Shown piece by piece: positions 47,101-57,300 of a stretch of DNA of 64,000 nt. Both the position numbers and the translations under genes were made by a program. Origin of the DNA: a virus. The notes under the pieces are model-generated. The model was not told the DNA's origin. It worked only from the letters and a program-made list of their open reading frames with translations, and did not search any database. The stretch lies in IMG/VR virus record IMGVR_UViG_3300025881_000985, positions 130,557-194,556 of that record; one strand, written 5' to 3'. Within the stretch, counting starts at the first letter, position 1; each line of letters starts with the position of its first letter.

Positions 47101-50100
47101 CAACTGCTATTAGGTCTCCGTGAATATTAATTTTAGTTGCACCACCGTATCCATCATTTCCTACGTAATCACTGCCTTCACTGTTTAGTTCTTGACTTTG
47201 TGTCCAATTGTTTTGTTTTTCGTAGACACCCCATTTTTCAGTATCATCAAAGTTTTCAACCCAAACTCTATCGCCATTTTTCCATCCACGTTTAGGAGCA
47301 ACAGTATCAAGCAACATTGGATTTTCAATTCTCATACTATCCATTTCAAATAGTATTCCTGTGTCATTGGATATCGAACGAGCTTCTTTGAGGAAGTCCT
47401 CTCCTTGATACATTGCAACCAATACTGTTTGTTGTCCTTCTACAGATTTTACTCTATAAAAACCATCATAACTAGCATCAAAGCCTTTTATGCAAAATAC
47501 TTCGTTAACTTTTAAGTTGTGTGGTTCAGTGAAGTCAATGCTCATTACTCCATCAATTTCAAAACTAATAGTCTCTGGTGCGGCATCGCTTGCGGTTAAT
47601 CTATATACGTTCCAGTCTAGGTCAAAATCTTTAGCTACCCAAATTTTAAATCCATCACCAAGTTTCTTTAGATGAGTGTTAAGTGCATTAAAGTTTGTAA
47701 TATCGTATAATGTTGCATCAATATCGGCACTGTTTACAAAACCTGCTTTAGCAATATCTTTTGAATAGTCACTATCATCACTGCGTGAATGGAAGATATT
47801 CTTTTCAAACTTTGCTCCAGTTTTCTTATACAGGCCAGCTGACTTAACACTAATAATATCCGGTATGTCTGGATCTAAATTATCTAACAACTGAAGCGAA
47901 CTTGGATTGTCAGTTAGTTTACTATCATCTAGTTCTATTTCAATTTGTGCATCACTTTCTAGTGATCCGTATTCTCCAACACGTACCGCCCATTCTTCGT
48001 AAGTATCAATTTTACTTGATATATTATTAAAGCTGGCACTTGTTAATGCTGTAATACTATTGTTAGATCCTTTTTCTTTGATAAATCCTTGATAGAACTT
48101 TGTTTGACTTTGGAAGTCTAAGTTTAAATCTGCTAGGTATTTTCTATTGCGTAATCCAATCAGTCCAGTTGAAAATTGCTGTAATGATTCATCGACTGGC
48201 ATGTCTTCAATATTGTATAGGTTAACAAACTTCTGTGCATTGAATGCAAAGTTTGGAAGTAATCCAGTTTTAATTGCAAAGCGATCAACTTGTTGCCAAT
48301 TGTTTAAATCAAACTCATCGCTTCCAATAACATTGTTAAGAGCTACATAGTAGTTTCCTTTGAATGTAACCAATGATCCTTTTTTGTAATCAGTATTTGT
48401 TACCCAAACATCAATTTTAGGATCGTTATAAACAAATCCTGCAGGTGCTAATTCGCCTGTCCAGTCTGCTGTTTTATTACCAACAACTTTTAATCGGAAC
48501 TGTCTATTTCCTAATTCTGGCAAATAGATAATGTCATTGAACACTGTAGTATTATCAAATACCAGTGCATGTTCAAATTGTACAATTCTACCTTCAAACA
48601 AGCAAATAGTATTGTTGTTTAGTGTCTCTAAACTAAATTCGCCCGGCTGTCTATTAATTGTAAATTCAGTGTTTTTAATAACTCCAAAGTTTTGATTTAA
48701 TACTTTATTACCATTGCTTTCGTTTGTGATATGATCAATAGTTCCGCCAGTTGTGTTAACTTCAATACGATCAAACGTTGGACTTAATATTAATATACTA
48801 CCTGGTGCCCATTCTTGCTGTTCCCAGGATAAAAATTCTTTACAACTTAATTCCCAGTTGCGTTGCTCGTTTAGTGCTGGATCATTTACGTTAAATGTAA
48901 ATCCTTGACCTACTAGATAACGCCCATAACTGATTAGAAAGTCGCATACTTGCTGTACGTTAGCAAATTCATGTCCGTATGGTACAAGTATTTTCTTACG
49001 TTGATAATTGTGATACACTACTGCTCGTCTATCTAGTACAACCAATGTATGATTTTCGTTGTCAGCAATACTTGGAATAATTGGAAAGTACGGATTAGTT
49101 AAATCGTACCCAGAAATTGTAAACCCGTTTCCGCTACGCTCAACAACAACTCCACTGTATACTAGTTTCCTAACTGGTGTACTTTTGTTTAGAATAATTT
49201 TATAGTTCTCGTCAGGTACAATAATACTTTCGTTGTTACTGGTTGGACTACTTTGTTCAGCCAATACATTGATATAATTTTTACCTGTGAAACTTGCAGT
49301 TTTATAACCTAGTTGAACATCAATATTTTTAAATTGTTTAGTTAAAGTTGTTTGAGGATCAATCCCTCTGTACTTCATATAATCAACAATCCAGTTCAAA
49401 TAACCAGCAACGAAATTGCGTGATTCTTCTGTGTTTGCAGTAGCCGGAATAACGCTGTCCGGAACGACCACTGTATCTGGACTGATACGTTTCAGAGTGC
49501 TAACATTTACAAGTTGCTTTAATTTACTATCTCTGTAATAGCGTTTGATGTTTAACAAACTACCAAAGTAGAACGCTGGTTTAAGTAAACTTAGTCCACG
49601 CTGTACTGCAAATGGATAATCACTTGATCTTCTCCAGGAGAACTCAGCAGGTCCAACAGAACCAACTGAAAAACTTTGATTTAACTTTGGCGGATTTAGT
49701 GCTCTAACTATAAACTGATCTGGGCTCTTTAATACACCATACTCATCAACAGGGATAATACTGGTTAATCCTGGACGTTTATAATTGTCATCGTATCCTG
49801 CTCTGTTACCAGCATAAATGTATCCTTTTTCAAGGTCTTCCCACAACAATAAGTTGCCGCCAGTATATGGTGCTTTGCCGTAACGGTCTTCCCACCAACT
49901 TGGAATAATACTGAACCCAAGCATTTCCCATGGATGCGTATGTGGGCGAACTGTATCAAATACACTTAGATAAACTGCTCTAGCACTGCCTGGTAATTTA
50001 GTATCGTCTAACTTGTTTAACTGATCTTTGTAGTTCCATGACCACGGATCGTTTGATTGGAAGAAACTGTTGGTTGAGTAATCAACTTGGTTGGCTCCTG

Positions 50101-53100
50101 CCCACTTCAAGAAACTACGACTAATAATACGTTCCCATTCAACTTCTGTGTAATCAGTATCTCTGAAATTTCCTGGAATATAAGTGTTAATATCAAAGAT
50201 GTTAGTTGAATAATCTATTTTAATATTGTTATAAATTCTACGCTCAAATTCTAATAGCAAGTCATCTCTAAAATCATTGAACGCTGGAATAATACTTCCG
50301 TCATGTCCTTGTATAACAAAAATTGGAGTTTGATAGTTATCATCTTTAAACTTGAGAGGTCTAAACGCTGGAAACAATCCTAATTTACTTGGAGTTGCAG
50401 GTAAGTAACATCCATCTGTATTATGATAAACTGCAATCCTAATTTTATCATCAACAACCAATGTATAGTTTTCGTTAATAATAACTGCTGATCTATCCTG
50501 AGGGAAATAATAGTCTTTACCTTTTACTAATTGTACATCATTTACATAAACAAGTATTGCAGTATTTCCTAATTGATCATCATTGAATACTGATGGTAAA
50601 TCAAATTGTTTAAGATTTGGATTGATAACAGTGTCGGCATATATTGTTCTATTGTTACCATACGGCAACATGTCTGTGTGGTAGAAAGGAAACGAACTGT
50701 CTTTTGTTAAGTTGATAGCATCAATTATAGCATCAACATGTTGTTCAGTTGTCTTAGAATCAATTGATGCAATCTGTCCAGAAAGTTCAAGAAACTTGTT
50801 TTTAAATTTTGTATATTCTCTACTGGAAAATTCAATACTTTCAATAAAGTTTGTATTATCTTGTGTTAGGAATAGGTTGCTGTACAACAATGGAAAACCA
50901 TGCTGTAATATAGTTCCTGAACTATCCTTGTAATAAATGTCTCGTTGACTACTAAATGCTCCAGTTGCTTCATATATAACATTTGTGTTTTCTTCTAATT
51001 TAGAAATATGATCCTTGAGTTGACCAAGTGTTAAACTACTAAAGTCAGAATTTTTACTGTTAAAGTCCAAGTTACTTGGAACTTCGTAATATCCCTGTTG
51101 ACTAATACTCTTTCTACTATACAACAGAATGTCAACTTTGTCAAACTCTTGTGTCAAGAAAGTTGGATTAATTACCACACATAACTTTTCACCAATTAAC
51201 TCTAGTGTAAAATTACCTCTACTCAACAGTGTATTTTTAACCCAAACTTTGATGTTAGGCATTGTTACAACTTCGTCACTGATAATATCAATCTCAAAGT
51301 AATTGGTAAGCCCATCAAATTCAAATGTTAATATTTGAAACTGTTTACTTTCTTCTTTGTTCTTAACCCAAGTATTACGATACTCTTTGTTTGTCTTGGT
51401 ATAATTTTTAATTAAAAATCCTGTATTGATACTTTTGGATACTGTGTCCAATGCAATACTACTAGTAAACGTATCGCTGTTATACGTTGCTTCAAATTCT
51501 AAATCACTGATGCTGTTAAAGTTTCTATAACTGACAGGAAATCCTAGTACGTTATCATTGACAGTGCCTGTTCCTTGCTTGTATTGGAATAGCGTTGTTC
51601 CTGTAAAAGTAGTGTTAGGATAGGTTGTTGTATTAGAAAAACTAATGTCGTTGCTGTCAAAAACATCAAACAAAGGACTTTCGTTTACTTTTGTTTTTAG
51701 TTGCCCTTCGTACCAAAGGTTGCCGTCATAATGATAGTTCTTTTTACTGTTCTTACCAGATAACACAATAACCACGTCGCCGTCTTCAAGTAATCTTGAT
51801 CCTGCTTTTTCTTCTAAGTGAATTGTAGGGGAACCAGCAATAGTCACCAAACTAATTGTGTAAACACGCTTTCGAATTTCAGGATCTTCTTCGTTTGCAA
51901 AGATAATACTTTTGTTATCTTGTAAAGAGAACAGCAATTCCCAACTAGAACTTGTTGTGGGATCCTGTGCAATGTTCTCTTTTGCTTCATATGCAATACC
52001 ATTGTAAATAACATACTCTTCAGCAAGTATTGTATTTGCTGTTGATGTATCATACACTGAGTATGCAAATAATTCAAACCAAGTAGTTCCAATATTCTCA
52101 ACAGCAGGAACAACATTTATGCCAACGTTTTGAAGTGCTTCGTATGCTTTATTATTATAAGCCATACGCTCGCCTTTTTGATATGTACGTGAATCATCAA
52201 AAGGTATTAGTGGAAAATGTTCTTTCCAAACAACAGTATCAGTGGGCAATGTTTGTGTATTCTTAATAGCACCATAAACACTCGTTCCTGATATAACAAC
52301 TGATCCTTTAAGATAATGAGAAATATTTGAATATATACTTCCTGAGCGTTCAATGTCACTAAAGGCATCTTTAACAGTAAAATCTAAATAGTCAACTGGT
52401 TCAATGGCTTGAATACCAAAATTAAGTAATCTTAATGAATGTTCAAACTCAATGACTGGGCGTTTAGCTCTAAACTCTTGATCTGGCAAACTAGTATTCT
52501 TAGCTCGGTAATTAGGAAGTTCAACTAGTGTTACTCCATCAGACTGAAGTTGAAAAAAGTTATCTTCGCCGTATGCATAAAATATCTGGTCTGGATTATA
52601 TTCGTATGCTAAATTTTGTATTGCTACTTTACTTCGTAGTGTAGTTACTACCTGCACATCATCTGGTATAGGAACAAATTCATTGTTTAAGTTTGGATCA
52701 AATGTGAAAGTATATATTAGTACTTCTTTATTAAGTTCAGCAGTCTTAGTTAAGACATCAATATGGAACCAACGATTACTTCTTGACCAACCGTTTAAAT
52801 CATAACTTCCTCTATTAATAGTAATATAGTCAGGTGTGTTTAACCCACCTATAGCATATGTTTCGTTTGGTGTTAAGTCAGCAACTGAAATCAATCTAAT
52901 ACTTCTACCAACACCTTCAACATAATATTCTTTATTTGCCCACCTTGCTGGAGTTACACTATCATTAAATAAAATCTTTAATCCATTTGTAAACTCAACG
53001 CCGTTTGGACTTGCATAACTAATTTGTCCAATAATGTCTTGGGCAACATCAATGGTAAAGTTATCAGCATCAACAACACGAATCTCTCCAAAGAATACAT

Positions 53101-54355
53101 CTGATGTTGAGTCTTGGTAATACAATCTATCAAGTATACTGGTAATAACTGGTACTTCGTGGTATGTATTATCAAAGTCTAAATAGTACTCTTTAGTTCC
53201 ACTAGCAATTCCGTTCTTTACATAAACTTTCTCATCAAATGCCACGGCAGTTGAAGGCACAAGCGTAATAATATAATCATCGGCTAATCCTGTGTCTAAA
53301 TCTATATCACTGGTCGCAATAAGTGTTACTCTCCAAATATTTCTTCTAATGTTAAACGGAACAACTTGATCATCTGTAGCAATTCCATATCGTAACATAT
53401 CAAAAAATTCATTGTTTGTCCATTCAATGTCTGTTACAACATCGTCATTGGTAACAAACACCATGCTTTTATTGTGCAAGTTAGCATATGTTTGAGCTCC
53501 GTCAATTCCGTTTTGGTGTGTCTTTAAGAACTGACTTAGTAAAACACCTTGTATCTCATCATAATGAATACCACTTGCAATATCAACCTGCTCAATAGTG
53601 TCCATAAGAGTAAATCTATTTTGTGCATCAGCTAGTGGAACTTTGAAAGTAACTGTACCATCATCTGTTCCGTTGTTTTCTACACCAAATACTTCACGTG
53701 TACTAATGTTGCTTTGGTTTGTACGAACCCCGCTTGTGCCGGGCTCAGTTTGAATCCAAAATTGATGTTCTGGATCATCAATTTTAAAAGTATAAGTTCC
53801 ACCACGTGCTAGAACTAGCACAGGATTACTTTCAATTCCTTTTTCACTGAAGTTAAAACCACTAACACTAAGGTTACGTGTTACGCTGTAGTCTTCGCTG
53901 GTTTCAACGTTGCCTGCAAATACATCTACACTTGCTGGTCCGTCTGGAACCCAGTAGTAATTCTTAAAGTTTGTAAACTTGTCATAATCAAACAATCCAT
54001 CAAAACTATAACTTTCATTGGAAAACAATCTATTATGATTGTCAATGATGCCGCCGTTGTATTGAATCTGTTGCAATAGGTCAACATACGAGCTAAAGAA
54101 ATCAATGGTGTCAGTGTCTTTGTCTTTAACAACAACAGCTGGTTCTAATTGATAGTTCTGTCTTGTAATACTTGGTTCAGCGACATAGTTGTCGTTTGTT
54201 TTATATGTAGGACTAAACTTACGGCCAATGTAGCCATTTACTTTTGTAAAGTTTGGTTCAGATACTAATTGATCGAGTGTAGCATTTAAGAACTTCTTGT
54301 TAGTCTCTGTTCTAAATACTTCTGGAAGAAAGTTAACTGTTTTAACGATTGCCAT
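41114..54355 (-). CDS. Giant (4413 aa) baseplate wedge-like structural protein with FG-GAP propeller and CBM-like modules
   Basis: Uninterrupted 13.2-kb ORF directly after the gp6-like gene. Seven FG-GAP-like blades. Seven W....Y..G..V.Y.G..Y modules. Confidence 0.8.
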   Translation of the reverse strand: MAIVKTVNFLPEVFRTETNKKFLNATLDQLVSEPNFTKVNGYIGRKFSPTYKTNDNYVAEPSITRQNYQLEPAVVVKDKDTDTIDFFSSYVDLLQQIQYNGGIIDNHNRLFSNESYSFDGLFDYDKFTNFKNYYWVPDGPASVDVFAGNVETSEDYSVTRNLSVSGFNFSEKGIESNPVLVLARGGTYTFKIDDPEHQFWIQTEPGTSGVRTNQSNISTREVFGVENNGTDDGTVTFKVPLADAQNRFTLMDTIEQVDIASGIHYDEIQGVLLSQFLKTHQNGIDGAQTYANLHNKSMVFVTNDDVVTDIEWTNNEFFDMLRYGIATDDQVVPFNIRRNIWRVTLIATSDIDLDTGLADDYIITLVPSTAVAFDEKVYVKNGIASGTKEYYLDFDNTYHEVPVITSILDRLYYQDSTSDVFFGEIRVVDADNFTIDVAQDIIGQISYASPNGVEFTNGLKILFNDSVTPARWANKEYYVEGVGRSIRLISVADLTPNETYAIGGLNTPDYITINRGSYDLNGWSRSNRWFHIDVLTKTAELNKEVLIYTFTFDPNLNNEFVPIPDDVQVVTTLRSKVAIQNLAYEYNPDQIFYAYGEDNFFQLQSDGVTLVELPNYRAKNTSLPDQEFRAKRPVIEFEHSLRLLNFGIQAIEPVDYLDFTVKDAFSDIERSGSIYSNISHYLKGSVVISGTSVYGAIKNTQTLPTDTVVWKEHFPLIPFDDSRTYQKGERMAYNNKAYEALQNVGINVVPAVENIGTTWFELFAYSVYDTSTANTILAEEYVIYNGIAYEAKENIAQDPTTSSSWELLFSLQDNKSIIFANEEDPEIRKRVYTISLVTIAGSPTIHLEEKAGSRLLEDGDVVIVLSGKNSKKNYHYDGNLWYEGQLKTKVNESPLFDVFDSNDISFSNTTTYPNTTFTGTTLFQYKQGTGTVNDNVLGFPVSYRNFNSISDLEFEATYNSDTFTSSIALDTVSKSINTGFLIKNYTKTNKEYRNTWVKNKEESKQFQILTFEFDGLTNYFEIDIISDEVVTMPNIKVWVKNTLLSRGNFTLELIGEKLCVVINPTFLTQEFDKVDILLYSRKSISQQGYYEVPSNLDFNSKNSDFSSLTLGQLKDHISKLEENTNVIYEATGAFSSQRDIYYKDSSGTILQHGFPLLYSNLFLTQDNTNFIESIEFSSREYTKFKNKFLELSGQIASIDSKTTEQHVDAIIDAINLTKDSSFPFYHTDMLPYGNNRTIYADTVINPNLKQFDLPSVFNDDQLGNTAILVYVNDVQLVKGKDYYFPQDRSAVIINENYTLVVDDKIRIAVYHNTDGCYLPATPSKLGLFPAFRPLKFKDDNYQTPIFVIQGHDGSIIPAFNDFRDDLLLEFERRIYNNIKIDYSTNIFDINTYIPGNFRDTDYTEVEWERIISRSFLKWAGANQVDYSTNSFFQSNDPWSWNYKDQLNKLDDTKLPGSARAVYLSVFDTVRPHTHPWEMLGFSIIPSWWEDRYGKAPYTGGNLLLWEDLEKGYIYAGNRAGYDDNYKRPGLTSIIPVDEYGVLKSPDQFIVRALNPPKLNQSFSVGSVGPAEFSWRRSSDYPFAVQRGLSLLKPAFYFGSLLNIKRYYRDSKLKQLVNVSTLKRISPDTVVVPDSVIPATANTEESRNFVAGYLNWIVDYMKYRGIDPQTTLTKQFKNIDVQLGYKTASFTGKNYINVLAEQSSPTSNNESIIVPDENYKIILNKSTPVRKLVYSGVVVERSGNGFTISGYDLTNPYFPIIPSIADNENHTLVVLDRRAVVYHNYQRKKILVPYGHEFANVQQVCDFLISYGRYLVGQGFTFNVNDPALNEQRNWELSCKEFLSWEQQEWAPGSILILSPTFDRIEVNTTGGTIDHITNESNGNKVLNQNFGVIKNTEFTINRQPGEFSLETLNNNTICLFEGRIVQFEHALVFDNTTVFNDIIYLPELGNRQFRLKVVGNKTADWTGELAPAGFVYNDPKIDVWVTNTDYKKGSLVTFKGNYYVALNNVIGSDEFDLNNWQQVDRFAIKTGLLPNFAFNAQKFVNLYNIEDMPVDESLQQFSTGLIGLRNRKYLADLNLDFQSQTKFYQGFIKEKGSNNSITALTSASFNNISSKIDTYEEWAVRVGEYGSLESDAQIEIELDDSKLTDNPSSLQLLDNLDPDIPDIISVKSAGLYKKTGAKFEKNIFHSRSDDSDYSKDIAKAGFVNSADIDATLYDITNFNALNTHLKKLGDGFKIWVAKDFDLDWNVYRLTASDAAPETISFEIDGVMSIDFTEPHNLKVNEVFCIKGFDASYDGFYRVKSVEGQQTVLVAMYQGEDFLKEARSISNDTGILFEMDSMRIENPMLLDTVAPKRGWKNGDRVWVENFDDTEKWGVYEKQNNWTQSQELNSEGSDYVGNDGYGGATKINIHGDLIAVGAGNGQNGRVNIFSLLPEGKFAQTAKLIPYQHTGTFTGYGDAVDLSGYVCVVGAPRTDPGIAFVHNFRVSEKEHGVQILPAPAGSSSTEGFGKAVRISEDSNWIFVGAPDANKVYVYHKKNNVEFNQITLTSSTTPALVHDGVSAGETYDIGWTPTNINSVVVKASATNILTPGIDYTITGSVITIIPAIDTNITSLEITQAPYYAEQNTINGADPSLGTPGINADAEFGKFLYCNKDGSELFVGAPSETVGGLADAGKVYCYQRRVEFQKSNSLTTSYTPTPDITSMANVYVGEQELLDGTSYTDALSSTSEIILTETVESGQKIKFSSTHWDKVQELTAPSEDNIANTLFGSQIAVDSSGAGVYVTAPGYKTSFYDSGKVYRYTKKNRYLGKATAKVANPSLTAGDNLYVNGFRITLNDTSIETLSEQINASGIPGISSSIANGLLTIESTSKLKRNKLFVTGMDHTICDDLDIGKFEYEQTIAVPGGARSESFGLSISVGDSDETLLIGSGNSKTLQALIIDKAEDTTESTTTFDGNSTAFIDQIFGSNAYIYELFENKETHVSNTGLQIFAQKFDLIKNRRFDFFGLGLDLKNQYIIVGDPGDDNIVPNGGTAWLYKTNNTRIWSRTRQEGTHVDIDTLSRMLIYSKESNSIISNFDYIDPAKGKVLGQAEINLDYKTATDPAFYTTNPSSRVDVQVDENMHWGEDQVGTTWWDLSLVRYVDYEQDSLTYRIKNWGKLFPGSVVSVSEWIESTVKPSEYTSLTDADGVPKYTGEGTFVTTTAVDESTGIVKEKYYYWVTNKNSAINKTRSIVGIAEMIEQPELQGIPYAALVAENAISLYNVNDKLSGTDTVLQIRYDKIRNSNTVHTEYELIQEGNPDSNIPESIISKLIDSLAGEDSSGFVVPDSGLLEQDRYGINVRPRQTMIINRQEALKNFVGSANAVLIKHPIRQQKILTRLLSSEPVPGVTEFDSVVDIYDELAYLDLTALSAGHRVYVKVDSTIENRWSIYTLNSANDFVLTRVQSYDTNFFWDYVDWYAEGWSVTNRPDYTVDYEADVKKLSLVPAGSVIKVRYNQIGTFTLYRTINYNDVNNLTLIGLGNGTVQITDKLYDSSKYTLGFATENFDSERFDINPSVEIRNIFNALRFDIYIGELREEFNKLFFTLVYYILYTQRNTDWIFKTSFITVFHQLRELTQYPSYVKDNQNYYIDYINEVKPYRSKIREYLISYAGNDTFFGNVSDFDLPSYYEETIDAFRSPSGEGINDNTLLEQTQYQDWVSNKALTLESIQVAQGGEGYTVPPVVTVNDGVTGALSSVKPIAKINPSTGKVTSITFSGTYTFNSSPIININGNGTGGKAYPVMVNNKVRGLNTTIKFDRTTYRSNLVKWTSTLDVVSGDYVYYQNEIYQATQDVPASTIFDFRFFTQLSHEYGNALDRIVAYYVNEDGVAGEDLLTNLIIGINYPGVIVTGLKFSDENVAGDFIDSYIQSTYLDTALGTRAEDISIDGGAFVDKYSSHAPEELVPGINFDTLILSVFTRVTDNTGAIVSGPPLGYRVVHDLTGSQELCPTDWTSSITYNKGDYVKYNGIYYVAIADVKNKLTLTPDTNARWRFVWKPPVAWNSDADYDKTAYATYNGHTYVTRHKIDHKGTVAQTADLPVSASNIDFDLYYVTAESTHYYWKDTDNAWLVASADTWVPKSVYRKGDSIVYNGTLYKSRRGFNYKTEVADIASLPSTDQLESDVHFVTDQSNYYYWNGFNWAVAGSTPANQPAFWLGLTQISETLGSTPLSMPIIWQQVNVESNTGTCPVKFAPETSRKYYRIAEARSTVLTQPFDWSDTTLHLQDVSKIPDPDPGLGKPGVLYCQGEIIYYYEKDTVNNTVGRIRRGVLGTSVPATIAVGTRADDLGYLQSLPDNSDHTDWMNGLNEFGFIEVGDFDYIGPGFGYAFNQSFPDSPNDADSDPGDAPFDYSISISSGGGASEQATFLSKATAYNP

Positions 54356-54371
54356 GTTACTGTACTTTACC

Positions 54372-57300
54372 TTATGTTACCACTGACGTGGATTGGTTCA
54401 GTTGACTTGCTGTAATTGATGCGATAACTTCAACATCATCAACTGTAGCAGAGCTAATAAGAATTTCATCTGGTTCAGCATTAATTTGATACAAGTTACC
54501 AAATTGTGCCGCACTGTTATTTGGAACAATAATAATACTTGCTAACTCAGGTGTTAGTTCTGAATGCAAGTAAGCACTTAGTTCACTAAAATAAAATGTT
54601 TCGCCAAAGTCCCAGTTATTAATATCAAAGTATGCGTTAATAGCGTTAATAACACTAGTCTTAACATCACTGTCTGAAATAATCATATTAGAATTTTTAA
54701 CAACTTTAAACTTGGCCTTTAATGCTGTGTCTGCTAGTTCACCAAATATTGGTTTAAATCTAGCACTGTTATAGATTATTGCATCACTCATTGCTTTAAA
54801 GTTTTCAAGACTTGCAAATTCTGATTTAAGTTCTTCTTGTGAAGGTGCTACTGGTAACGTTAAAGTATTACTAGTGTCTGTAATAAAAGCGGTATAATCT
54901 GTTGCATATTGCTTGGTTAGTATGAACATATCCATTAAGTTGTTAGGACTTGGATCAACTCGTCTGTTGTTAGGACTTGTATGGATATACTGGAAGTTCA
55001 ATGAATCTCTACCAACACGAGCCAAATATTCAGAACTAACATCTGTTGCATTTCGTAATCCAACAGTATCAATATCTAATCTATAAAACTTATCTTCATC
55101 AGAAGCATAAAAAATTTGTTTGTCTGTATAATTGTCTAGCGATAATTTAATAGTTTCAAGTGTAGCATCAATTACAACATCATTGTATGGAACCGGAGTA
55201 TACTGAATAAAACTGGTTGCTGATTGTTCTTTAGTGAAGAACACAAACTTTTCACTTACGTTAACGTTACTTGCAACAATTAAGTCAAACAAGTCTGGAT
55301 TATCTGGAACGCCGTCGCTATCAAAGTCAGGAAAGGTAACTAATACTTTTCTATTGTCTCTATATCCATCACTGGCAACAATGCTTCCATATACATTCCA
55401 AGTTAAGTTCTGCGCCAATGGCAAAGCACTATCGGCTTGACTGTTAAACTTGAGAACTGTTACTTCGTCGTTTTGTGTTTTACCAGTTTTACTGTCAAAC
55501 ACTTTTGCATTATCGTCAAAGTAGAATTTAGTTTCTGCCGCACTTTCAAAGTAATAATCAAGACCTCTATAACTGATCACGTATTCTGATCCAGTATAAA
55601 TTAGTTTAATAATCCAACTTGAATCTAATCCAGTACCTGCTGTTGAGCCAGCATTGTCATTGCTGTATACATTGCCCCCGATGTCAGCACTATCAATTAG
55701 TGCCCAACCGTTAATTGTTGTGTCATAACGTAGTGCAAAGTTTTTATAAATCTTAATAAATGTAACCATCTGGTTAATAAGACTGTCACTTAGTACACTC
55801 TTAAACACTGGAATAATCTCTAACGGAATAGCGTTTGTTGGAACTGTTTCGCTGATAGTAATAGCGTTTGTTGTTTGGTTAATACTGCTTACACTTGCAT
55901 AGATATATGTACGATCTTTATCTTTGCTGATACTTCCTGTTTTAATTTTGTTACGTGCATCAAAGTAATTTCCGTCGCCGGCACCAAACTTAATAATAGC
56001 ACCTGGAACAACATGTTTTAAGACACTAGAAATACCAGCACCAATTGGCATTGTTATAAAAGGCAATCCGTCAGCATCGTTGCTGTCAGGACCTTTAATA
56101 TATCCAATACTTTTGTTTGTACTAGCACTTTCAAAACTCCAACTTAAATCCGTTACAAGTGTGCCGCTACTACCAATTGGCCATGTAAGTTGTGAAAGTG
56201 GAAAACGATCAGTTTTATTATAATGCAAGTGCGATACTGGCTTGTCTCTAAGTATAGGAGCAATAGTATTAAAGACTACATTAAAAATTTCATTTACTGT
56301 TTGGTAAGTGAAGTTTGTTGTTTTAACATATTCATCTTTGTACAGTAATCCGTCAGCACTAAAAATATTAGTACTGGAATACTTTCCTGTTACGTCAACA
56401 ACATCAAGGAAACGACTTACACCACTTGAGCTACGATTGGTACTCTTAACTTTCTGAATGTTATTAAATGCTGTATACGGAAAGATATTATAATCTTCTC
56501 CTGTAATCATTCTATTTTGAGTGTAATATTGCTGGGGTGCTTTACGTCTAATTTCAGTAAGTGTTTCACGTGGACTGGAATTAGCTACTGTATATTTCAA
56601 ACTTACTTTTGCTGTTAATACAGCATTTCTTCCATTACGATCAACATACGAAATAGGAATATCAACATTTTGAATTTCGTCAGGAGTAATTTTATAGCGT
56701 GTTCCAATACTTTGTCTATAAAATAATCTAAATCCTCCTTGCGGAATATTAGCAAACGATCCGTCACCAAAGCTCAGTGTTATTTGATCATCATTTCTAG
56801 TAACCACTTGATACAAGTTACGCTCAGATTCGTTATTGTAAGTGATATTGATTCCGTTGATTGCTGGAACTTGAGTCCACTTATCTCCAATAGAGCCATC
56901 TGTATTTAATTTGTATAACCAAACGTCATTGTTGTTAATGTTACTAAAATCAATGTTGACACCTCTATTAGGCAATGCATCAGTGATGTTAAAGTCAACA
57001 CTGTTCATTGTACCTTGTTTAAAATAAACAAAGAATCCTGTGTTATTAGAACTGTTACCAAGATTGTCAGTTCTATACAAAATATTAAACTGTCCTAAAG
57101 GCTTTGGAGGTATTTCATAAACAAATGTTCTGTTAACTGATGTAGCACTAATTGTTTCAAAGTTCAATTGGTTACCTTCAACTTCTGTTGAAAAACGGAA
57201 AGTTGGTAAAATTTGATCAAGAATTCTAAGTGTGTATTCTTGTGTACTAACGCCATTGACTATTTGTGAATTACCACTTTTGCCAACAGTTTGAGAATCA

